Below, in pieces: positions 49,279 to 59,506 of a stretch of 59,506 bases of DNA. Source of the stretch: Phoronis australis (Eukaryota; Animalia; Phoronida); assembly GCA_002633005.1 (NCBI GenBank), contig NMRA01000015.1, positions 46,869 through 106,374 on the forward strand. Reading direction: 5' to 3'. The notes beneath the pieces are model-generated. The model saw only the letters and a list, made by a program, of their open reading frames with translations, was not told the origin of the DNA and searched no databases. Numbering within the stretch: the stretch's first letter is position 1; the number at the start of each line of letters is the position of its first letter. The position numbers and the translations under genes are program-made.

Positions 49279-50097
49279 CAAACTATGCAAGTCAGTGCAC
49301 ACATAAGGTTGAGGCATAAGTAATTTGAAATTACTAATAAAGATGTAATTACTCAAGATCATCTCTGTCAACGAAAATTTTTTAAATGTCTTTTCTGTTA
49401 TTTACCAAGACATGTTCTGAACTGTAAAATGTAGTTATTCATCAAGTCTGTGATGAACAATATGTTACACAAGATTCAAAATGATGTTAATGTTCAGCCT
49501 TTGAGCCTGCTTGTGGTGAAGATATTGCCATGAAAAACTTTGTACACAATTTGTATTTATTATATTATTATAAGAACGTTTGAAAATTAATATCTGTACA
49601 AGATAAACAAAGAATTGGTAAATAACAAGTCTATCATTAAAAGCTCCATACTAGTTAGGTCTTGTTGAAAGTGCAATCTTAACTTACGTTGTAGAACAAT
49701 AATCTCATTTCTCCACTCCATTGTGAGTACACTCATTCTGTAAGATGATGCACCCTCTATGTTAAACACCTCCAACAAGTTCCACCTCAAAATTAGACAC
49801 CAAAACAAAATGTGACTATAATGCTTGTAAACTACAAAAACACTTGTGAAATAATAACAAATGAATTGTAATAAATGTCTTTTTATGGTCGTTTACAGGG
49901 GGTCCTGCATTTTGAGAACCAGTTCTCTCCACTATATAACAAGCATCAAACTGGTTCTATTACCTGTTAGGCACACTATAGTTCTAAACCACTTGAGTAA
50001 CAGATAAGAAACATTACACCGTCTCCTAAAAAGGAAATATCTACGTTCAAACAACCGTTTAAACAACCTTTACAAAATTTAAAAACTTTCCTGTCCA

Positions 50098-50357
50098 TCA
50101 TACTGCCGACACACGTGGCATTTTGTCTCTTAGCAACAGTTTCTCCAACTTATCGTCCACTGACTCCTGATCATGATAATTCTTTGGACTCATTGTCAGT
50201 GGAATGTTCGAATGGCGGTTATCTTCTTGTCGCCGTTTGCGATATCGTTTTCGACGGAAATGACATAAACAGATGACAGCTATAGACATGATAAGGATCA
50301 CAATGAGGCAACCCAGGACAAGATGAGCTACTTTAAAGTTGCTCTCGGGAACTGGGC
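50098..50357 (-). CDS. Terminal exon of the LDLa membrane protein (TM helix + cytoplasmic tail)
   Basis: ctttttcag|GC PVPESNFKVAHLVLGCLIVILIMSIAVICLCHF-RRKRYRKRR...DKMPRVSAV*. Hydrophobic helix followed by a basic stop-transfer stretch. Confidence 0.88.
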
Positions 50358-50695
50358 CTGAAAAAGAGACAAATTATCACGAGTCACAAAAGCTGAATTA
50401 TCATTAGTCACACTATCATCAGTCACATTTACTGAAAGAAATTGTAAGCATACTATCTTAAGGTGATGCTGCAAAATGTTTAATTCTTTCTAACTTCGGA
50501 ACAAACTTCAGAAATGGCAAATCGTATTCGCACAAAAGTTGCGGATACTATGCTTTGTGCGCTGTTCTCCAACACGATGTTGGGAAATTAAGTTTTTAAA
50601 ATTGTTCCACTTTTGCATGAGTGGATATCAAAAATATGACTTAAAAGTTGCTAACAAAACTTAATTCGACAAGGTTGAATTCCTTACTTATTAAC

Positions 50696-51060
50696 CTTTT
50701 TGTGCACTCACACTAGTGGTTGCATATGTTCATCACTTTGTTTGTCCACTTGATATCTCAAAAATACCAGGTCAGATTTTCATGAAATTTGGCACAGGGG
50801 TGTAGGGCAACACTGGAATTATTCGTTCATGCAACTTTTCAATATGCCTCACCTCCTGGGGGTCAGGGGTGTATGCGTTTTTTCTGTATTTTTGGGGAAG
50901 AGTGCTTCAGAATGATATCTACAGAACAGATCGATGTATTTCAATGAAACTTATCACAAAGGTGTGCGATATCAATGCGCCAGCACAACTAAATTTTCGG
51001 CCAGATTCAACGACTACAGTACCTCCTGGTGGCCATTGTGTTTTAAAGGGGTTTTCATGT
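50696..51060 (+). mobile_element. Fragment of a different HINE-like element
   Basis: Starts TTTTTGTGCACTCAC...GTGGTTGCATA, followed by subunit motifs TTTCATGAAATTTGG and CCTCCTGGTGGCC. Confidence 0.45.
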
Positions 51061-51349
51061 GTTGTCTGGGGGAAGTATAAAAACAATCTGTGGAAAAACA
51101 GTGCCTTACTTATTGGCTAGAACCAGTTTTAAAGTTTTTTTTTACTCGTGCAAATTAGCAATCTAATTTTAACGCAATTGATCCAAAACCAAATACAGTT
51201 TAATGATTGTTCATGTGATCGGATACTCCACTGCAAAGCTAATTTATTTCAAAATAAATTTTACATGAGGTTTCAATATAAATCTGTCTTCATTTGCTCT
51301 AATACGGGATGATGATGGATGACTTGCTTAAGAACTGGAAGGATATGAC

Positions 51350-51572
51350 ACACCTGTTCTTGCGTTACCCTCACCATATAATACACCTGCTCATATTAGT
51401 CACCCTCACCATAATACACCTGCTCATATTAGTCACCCTCACCATGTAATACACCTGCTCATATTAGTCACCCTCACCATGTAATAAACCTGCTCTTATG
51501 TCACCTCGTGATATAATACACCTGGTCTTGTGTCACCCTAACCATGTAATAAACCTGCTCTTACGTCACCCT
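51350..51572. repeat. ~35-bp minisatellite, about 6 copies
   Basis: TAATACACCTGCTCATATTAGTCACCCTCACCATG units. Confidence 0.85.
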
Positions 51573-52392
51573 AGCAATCAATTAAAGCCACCAATTTCAA
51601 ATTGCAAATTTTGCAATGAATCGCTGTGTTCAATAGTGAAACCATTCAAAACCAGAAATGCTTATTGTGTGCATTGAAAATCTCAAATAGGTTTCCATGC
51701 CTAAGCAGACAGCACCCGCATGACTTTGAATCTCTGAAATTAATCCGCTGTAAGTGATGTCAAGTGAGGTTAAGATATAGCAGGCAGGGATTCCCCGACA
51801 CAAGTCCTAAAGTTGTAACTGGAGCTTCCTAAGCAAAAGTATCTGTTTAATGATGAAAGATGTTGATTCAGGAAAGAACATAGCTGCCTTCGGTTTAGTG
51901 GGACCAGCAAGATCATACAAGATCTACAATACACCATGGCTACATATTTCCAAGCAATGCATGTCACGTCTGGATTTGAAGCCGGAGTAGCTTGCCTTAT
52001 GGAACAAGCTATAGACGTTATTTTTCCGTACTCTTATCAAACGTCTCTATGTAATAATGGTTTGAACATCAATTCTTTAAATAGGTTGATTAACTCTTAC
52101 AAGCATGGTGTCAAATATTCTTTTAGAATAACTACCACTTATTTGAATAGGACCATTTTTGAAGAGGTTGGCTTACCCTGTCAAATATGTTGCCCTTGTG
52201 CTCTTTTTCACTTGAAGATCCCCTGAATGATTTGTTTGTTCATGGATGGAAAGTGTATCATGGAGTGGAAAGATGTGCCACATGATATATTGCATATCTG
52301 ACTAGTCCCTTGTTTACAATTTGCACAGTTATTCAACTAGCTGTTAATAGTTAAACATTCTAAATACACAATTTCATGTCAGGCCCCCCATT

Positions 52393-52750
52393 AAGGTTAT
52401 GCAGGACTCAACTTTGGAATATCAAATCTCAAAAATGGCTGGTTGGATTCACATAAAATTATCAGATACCATGCTCTACACCGTTCTCCAAAACACCGTT
52501 ATGAATTGTTTTTAAAACATCCCACTTCTGCACGAAGGCTACCAAAAATAGGACTAACATGATGTTTATGAAAAATAAGAGTTGCATAAACAAAAATGAA
52601 CGGATAACTTAGAAAACTGTAACAGCACTTTTTCAGATTTTATCCTGAACATTTAATATCACATGAAATTTACTCATGTTATTGATCCTCTTGTTATGAG
52701 AAATCGAAAAATTTTAGCATTGTTTTTGAGGTAAATTATGAAGCGTTCCT
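52393..52750. repeat. Old interspersed repeat; related copies at about 44690-44900 and 50458-50680
   Basis: Shared core ...TTCTCCAA(A)ACAC...TTTTAAAA...ACTT(T/C)TGC. Two copies start TTAAGGT(G/T)ATGC. Confidence 0.45.
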
Positions 52751-52952
52751 TTAAAAGTGTTACATTAAAATCAATCGAGGGGTTATTTTGCTAGGAATGT
52801 ACCGTTCCTAAAAATGAAATTTTGACTTAAAAAGGTGTTAACGTAATAATAATAATGGGACAACACATTTTTTTAATCTCTCATCTTTTTTCAGAAAATG
52901 CATACTATTTGACATCAGTTAGAATGAAGGTCGCTAAATAAGGTTTGAGATA

Positions 52953-54048
52953 CAGTATTCGCCCTAATAAGCGCCTATGCTCCTATAAGCACCCCCCACG
53001 CGTTTTCGGACTTTGCTAAAATAAGTGCCCAGTCCATGAATGTATGTATACATGCGAAAAATGCCTTACCTACAGTTCTAAAATTCTACAGTAACGTCTT
53101 CAATTTATCAGTAACATCCGACGGTCCTGCAAAAATCATTGTACGTGGAATTTGTAGACCACGAGCCTTGCTGCTGTGTCGGTATTCAGCCATAACTATA
53201 CACTTCAATCTTCCGCAGTGCTTCAAAACAAACGCAAAAGTTGTGCTAAGGTTGAGAGAAGCATGTCCCACTATGGTCAGGCCTTTTAGAACAAATGCAG
53301 CGTACTTATCAACGGGATTGTATTGTATCTTTCCCATACAGATCTTCTCCCTCAACAGGAATCCAGATTTCTTTGTACACGTGAAAACCGCGAATCAATT
53401 GACCAGTGTAAAAGCACATGGCCAGGAAGCGCGCTACATACATGTAGGCCTGTTACCATGTCTATGCCTGATACTGGGACAAGTGAACTCTGATGACAAG
53501 CACGCGCTCGCTCACTCGGCACATACTTGCAGACGATCGAACTTCAAAACAACAATGAACATGTGTGTTTGTCGCAGTTCGTCCATATTTTTCTCACGTT
53601 GCGGGGTGCGACCTAGCGCAGATTTGGACTTAATCTGGGGTTAATCCCGACTCCACTGGAACTTAAAAATCTTAAGGACCCTATTCGGAAACTTAACGAT
53701 TTCAGTTAATGTGTTGAGTCGAAACTGTATTTTTACTCAAGAATGCCCTATCGAAGATCACGAGGCAGCAACACATAAGTCAGCGAGTTTTCGCCCAGAC
53801 ATTTCCGCACAATTTTGTGAAAAAGGATCTAATTTAACAACAAAGTTTGATAGCAATGCACCACAATTTTGTGGAAAGTCTATCATAGGTTACAGATATT
53901 TCGCAGAGCGTAAATTTGATGAATCCTAGCTTCCGCCTATTTCATTCATTTCGGAGACTGGGTTTCAACCACCTTAGGCTACAACAAGCGCCCCCCCTCC
54001 AAAATGAATTTTTCTAAGCGCCCAGGGCGCATATTCGGGCGAATACAG
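52953..54048. mobile_element. Tc1/mariner (pogo/Tc2-like) non-autonomous element
   Basis: TA|CAGTATTCGCCC ... GGGCGAATACAG|TA with subterminal TAAGCGCC repeats. Confidence 0.75.
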
Positions 54049-57000
54049 TATCCTTAAAGATGCATTTGCATGCTCTGAACTATTCTAATGTACAGCAGGA
54101 ACTAAACGGCAATGCTATTTGAACATCATCTACATTAAACAAAGTGCAGCTGTATTCAATGACAACTTGAAAATGTAAAAAAAATTCTGCAGATAGGTGA
54201 CCTTTGCACTAATGACGTATCTCATGGGCTCATAGAGCCCACATAATTCCCCAACATCACGTGACGATACTTACTAGACATGGTTGAGTGATTTACGGTA
54301 CATCATTTTTGACACAAAAGTTATTCTTAAAAGCATTTAGCAATTTTCAATATACTTCATATTCACATCGTCACCATGTGTTGTGTTTCCAACTTATTTG
54401 ACCAAGAAATCACAGAGATAAAGTATTAGCATGCAAGTTCCACTTTAACAAGCTTGTTTACCAAGTTTTAGGCACAATAAAATAATAACAGTGGAATAAA
54501 AAATAAGTACAGTGACAAAAACGCATGCATCTGACTCCAGCCTCAACATTTTGTACCTGATTCAATCAGACGTCAGCACTCATCGACATAGTTCAAAGTT
54601 CAAGCAAGGATACAACACAGAATAAACTGAACCAGAGTGGAGGTGACAGGGAGGTGGCGCCACCTGGAACACAACATCAATAGGTGAACACTGACACACT
54701 GTCAACTTGTAGGACCATGGGCGCCCTCTCTTGGGCTAGTCACTCAAGAGCCACTTGCTGCTGCTTTTGGAACAGAAATGCACACCACGTTACTTAACCG
54801 TCATAGAATACTGATGGCATAGATTTATTATTAAGCAGCGTTTTCACCATCTACTCGCTATTTTAAGGTGATGCAGAACTCCAGAAGAATGTCAACTATT
54901 TGACTGCTTAAGTAAGGGCGTGAAATCTAGAGGGGCAGATCCAGGATTTTGAGTTAGGGTGTGCCAGGGCAGAGTATTAGCCAGGATTTTGCCTGTCAAA
55001 CATTCGCACCCCCGACCTACCAAATGGAATCTGGAAGAATTTTACAGGGGGTGGCCCCAATGGCTCCCCCCTCCCCCTTAAATCCGACACTGATCTAAAC
55101 TGATAAAGAAGAAATGATAATCCGATTACATAGGCACGTAATTGGGAGGGAAGAAAAGTTGACGACTTATGCAGACTAACGAGTGATGCAATGACATAGC
55201 ATGTAGTGAGTTTCCACGGTTTCCCATAATTCAACATTCTAGCCATCGAATCATTTCATCAGCAGCCACTTGGCTAGTTTATGCTAGCAAGGTTGCAAGG
55301 GGCCTGCATAACATTTGCAAGCTCTTTCCTTAGTGTGATGTTACACGATCTCACACTCGCAAGATACTTGCCTTACAAATCACGCATCACAACAACCAGA
55401 ATTCAAAACAGTCCCAAAAAGTGGTGACAAAAGGACATGTGTGAGACTTTGAGCAAGTTGGCAATATTCTTAATGGTGTCAAAAACAGAGAAAACATTTA
55501 CCTTTAAGTTAGACAACAATGGAGTGCCTGAGAGCATTATTTTTTGTAAAATTCTTCAAGCTGACACATGATCAATAGCTAGACTGTGGCAGCTCATATT
55601 GAGTTGTGGACCGCGTAAATTTACAATCAAAATGAGATTCACAAATGAGAACTCACTACGCTACAGTAATCGGAACCACTCTCACATCTGTTGCATCTTC
55701 ACTTTCTTGATTGAGGGGAACTGAATTCACAGTTGTGACCAGCATGAAAATGATGATGACAATGTGGTCAAACATCAAAACATGGCAAATGGTGTTTACA
55801 GGCGTGGCAAATAACCTGGGTTTGACACCACCAGACTTTAGCTGAGACCACTAACTTTAGCATGGCTAGCACTGGATCTTGTTTTATAGCATCTATTCGA
55901 AGTTTTCCACGCGTACTCTATGTTTTTGAAAGGGAGGAACAGCAGCTACAAAATTAGGATATCTCAGACTCATGTAGAAAATAGACACAAAAGGGACTGT
56001 CCATTGTATGGAAATCGTAAGTCACCCTTTCATAGCTTTTGTTCCATAAAAACCCTCCTTTAGAGGGTTCATTCCATAGACCTAACCCTTCCGCAGGGAA
56101 ACAGCTAATTTTTTAACCCATTAAGCCTGAAACAGGGCAAGAAAAGACTTGAGTTTTCAGAAATGAACAGACATCTTTTGCAACAAGTTTTCAAAAAGAA
56201 AGACAATATTAAAAACCTTTTTGGAGATTGTGTAGTTGGAAAAAATATACGTTTTGCAGACTTATGAACCCCCAGAGTGAGCCCTATTGTGGAGAATTTT
56301 GTCAGAAAAGAACTAAGAACCTTTCCTAGAAAAACTGTGTGAATAATTCACACTTCTCAGTGGCGTGCACCTAGGTTTCCCTCAATTTGCCTATACAACT
56401 TGGCGTCTAGTGCTCAACAGGAAATGTGCAGCAAGTGGAAACACATTTTGCTTGGTTACTGCAAGCTCACAACTAAAAGTAACACCAAAGATAATCAGAC
56501 AAAATGACCCATAACAGAAGAATGAAAGAGGAATTCACCATTACAGTTGCTAGAGTGAAACGTCATGACGGAATTTCATCTGATTACTTTTGGCGTGTAT
56601 CGTTGCAGGGTTGAAAGGGTTTCAATTTTGTGAGCCGGCCCTGTAAACCCCAGCTAGTGCGGGTGCACTCAAAGTATGAGGTAAACATTGTTCTGGCTTC
56701 AACCCCAAACTAAAACAACTCTGCTGCTGCTATGTGCATAGAAATGAGTTCTAGTTTTGAAAACACTAAATGCTGTAACAACAACCATGTCTACCAACGG
56801 CTTTGCGGGCATTATTGAAGACTTAAACCTACGACATCACGTGAATAACATTAACCATGCAATGAAGATTCCAGTCACTACCATTGTAAATATTTGTTTA
56901 GACAATTATCTGTATTTGTCCGTGAGTTCAGAAATGGGGAAAGTCTTTCACAACAAACAGACTAAACGGTGAAGGGTCTTAAAGATTTCCTCATCAAATT

Positions 57001-57164
57001 ACGACATAAAATACAACAACAACATGAGCAAGTGAAACTCCAGTGTAGCAGTGCACACCAAAATAAATCAAATACGATAGAGTGGCTAAATTGGAAGCAA
57101 GAAGATTTTGGCACCATTTTCAAAAACCTTAAGGTTATCTACCAAATGTCAAGAATAAACTTAC

Positions 57165-57278
57165 AGTCGGCATTCTCATCTGAATTATCACCTAAGCCGC
57201 AGTTTGGCACGCCATTACAAGTCAGGTTTTTTGATATGCACAGTCCACTCCTCTCACACTCAAAATCATTGCAGAAAT
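57165..57278 (-). CDS. LDL-receptor class A domain exon of a single-pass membrane protein (5' part outside the window)
   Basis: tttcag|AT FCNDFECERSGLCISKNLTCNGVPNCGLGDNSDENAD-T|GTAAGT. The sixth Cys is formed across the junction (T|GC). SDE acidic motif present. Confidence 0.88.
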
Positions 57279-57743
57279 CTGAAACAAAAACCCATAATGT
57301 CTGCACAAGTTTCAAAACAATTTGCTAAAGCATAACTGAATACGATACTGATCTAGATTACTGCTCACGTTCTGCTAAATGCCGTCAAACTTTTTTTAAC
57401 AATTTCACTTTTGAACATCAATACTCTGTTGTAAGCGGCTTAACTCCCGCCACGAAATTTGTGTTTTAAAAATTTAATGCCAAAACACCGAAATTCGCTA
57501 AATGTTGGACTGCTGATGGAGCTTGACAAAAACTGACTCAAGGACTACTTGACTCATATTGCATTAAAAACGTCCCCAGCAATATTTTGATGCACACACG
57601 AACATATACAATATGTAAATCACCAGAAAATAAAATAAAAATAGAAAAAAAAACATGACAATAAATGACATTGCACAAAAATTATTTAAAATTTTGTACA
57701 CTACAGAATAAGGAAATTACAGAATGGTTACACATTCCATTAT

Positions 57744-58080
57744 AAACAACAGCAACACGGAGAGTTAAAATGCGCCCACAAATGCACCACTAACGGTGTG
57801 CTTCTAGGCGTGTTTATTTGGAACGTAAAAATGGCAACAAGATGGCGCAAAATATGTCGAATCCATCCGAAAACTTGTACATGTAATCAAAGCTATTTAC
57901 CAAATTTCATAAAAATCCATCAAGGAACTTCTGAGAAAACAGAGGAAAACGAAAAAATGAAATTGCCACTAAGAAGCTATAAGCACAAAAAAACATAACT
58001 GCCACTAAGAGGCACCAAAGTACATAAAGTCGTCGGAAAATCATTGTCAGAATTCCTCTTAACATTAGGAACACAATCAT
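57744..58080 (-). mobile_element. Fragment of the same HINE-like family
   Basis: AACAACAGCAACACGGAGAGTTAAAATGCGCCCAC terminus followed by degenerate subunits (TGCCACTAAGAGGCAC). Confidence 0.65.
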
Positions 58081-59216
58081 CCTGAGTGAATGAGCCTCAG
58101 CAATAGTAAACTAACTAATGAGCCTCAGCAATAGTAAACTAACCAATAAATAACTGGCACTAGGGTAGTTTAACTCTTTTTAAACTAGTTTCTTTGCTTA
58201 TCAAGAACTTTAAAAAGTTTCATGGCTTAAAATAAAGGTAATCAGTTATTTTAATGGATACTTTAAGTTTAACAAAGTAAATGATCAAAAATTTGAAAGT
58301 AAACTAGAAACAAACAATGAAAACAGATTAGTAGACGGCAATATTTACCATATTTGTTCCTCAAGATTTCTGACCACGAAATCTTAAAACCTTTTTTTCC
58401 CTGAGCAAAAGATGATGTTGTGAAGCTGGAAAATCACCAGAGGTAATACAAATGCATCCCACAATATTTGTTTTCACTAGTGTCTGTTTGTTTAAACTCC
58501 ATTTATACAATACAAAACCTGGCTGCAAGTTGTATCCTTACAAGTTGTTCCAGGGAATGAGTATAACAGAGTGACAGACAGTGTAAATGCAGGACAGAAC
58601 AACTTGTCCAAGTGCAAGTATTAACGTAATGTGAACGTTGCGTGTTCTGGAACAATTGCACATCACAGGTACAATTTGAACCCATTTTTTCCATTTGAAG
58701 AACTAAAACAAAACTGTCCGAGATCAACATATTCTGGGCACAACCTGAACTGTAAACGGGACATAGACAAGTCAGAATCAAGTAGTAATCTTCAGTGACT
58801 CTTGTCCATGGAAACACTTGACCTTCCGTTTCGCAAACCTTAAATTACTTTATTTGCATGAGTGACACAGTAGGCCCCCCGTTAGGCTATCCTAGGTCCG
58901 CCACTGCTAAGGTACAAGTGATAAGGGCCGAAGGCCTCAGTTGCTATTTGAAGTATAATAACTCACAATACAGCAGTCAAGCCATCACGATAACAAGCCC
59001 TCTAAATATTACTCAGTATCACGATTTGTGCTCTTCAACTGTCACATAGGAAAGCTTAATTAAAGCTTAATCAATTATACCAAAGCTAGTCAGTCAAAAT
59101 TAAATAGCTGACGAACTTTTACATTAAAGTAAATGGCATAACAATTTTATGTATGTACTTTGCCAAACAATATCTACTCTGACTACATGAGTCTTTCATG
59201 CAATTATAAGATTCCA

Positions 59217-59506
59217 AATGTGATGGTGACAAGGTGCATACATGTGATGGTGACAAGGTCCATACACGTGATTGTGACAAGGTCCATAAAGTGATGGTGA
59301 AAAAGTCCATACATGTGATGGTGACAAGGTCCATACACGTGATTGTGACAAGGTCCATACACGTGATTGTGACAAGGTCCATAAAGTGATGGTGACAAAG
59401 TCCATACATGTGATGGTGACAAGGTGCATACATGTGATGGTGACAAGGTGCATACATGTGATGGTGACAAGGTCCATACATGTGATGGTAACAAGGTGCA
59501 TACATG
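59217..59506. repeat. 24-bp minisatellite, about 12 copies, running off the right edge
   Basis: CATGTGATGGTGACAAGGT(C/G)CATA units. Confidence 0.9.

Noticed and set aside
53036-53644. 202-aa ORF
   Set aside because: It lies inside a TA-flanked TIR element and shows no DDE/transposase or other recognisable motif.
54650-54735. Isolated CTCF-like sites (GCGCCACCTGG, GCGCCCTCTCTTGG)
   Set aside because: Partial single matches are expected by chance and cannot be supported without a matrix scan or ChIP data.
58503-58817. Cys-rich minus-strand ORF as an upstream exon of the LDLa gene
   Set aside because: No recognisable CUB, LDLa or EGF spacing, and I found no convincing phase-compatible splice sites.

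Overview
Intron-rich, AT-rich eukaryotic (probably invertebrate animal) genomic DNA. Three spliced genes can be assembled by hand with GT-AG junctions and consistent reading phase. (1) An hnRNP Q/R (SYNCRIP/Syp-type) gene on the minus strand has 7 coding exons visible from 19793 to 1227 and continues off the left edge. (2) Head-to-head with it is a complete 10-exon, 420-aa JmjC/cupin-like 2-oxoglutarate oxygenase on the plus strand (22609-49278), with a probable signal peptide, intact HxD...H iron ligands, one EF-hand loop and a C-terminal RDEL, which points to an ER-luminal JmjC enzyme. (3) The last two exons of a minus-strand LDLa + transmembrane protein ending in a PDZ-type motif (57278-50098) converge on gene 2. 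The introns are full of repeats: Helentron/HINE-like elements whose ~150-bp internal units each carry a CTCF-consensus motif (one copy supplies the acceptor region of an hnRNP exon), TIR elements (hAT-, Tc1/mariner-, Harbinger- and Kolobok-like), a degraded RT+RNase H non-LTR retrotransposon, a Penelope-like RT fragment and many minisatellites. Two paralogous box C/D snoRNA-like sequences lie in adjacent hnRNP introns. All calls come from manual reading; no database search was run.
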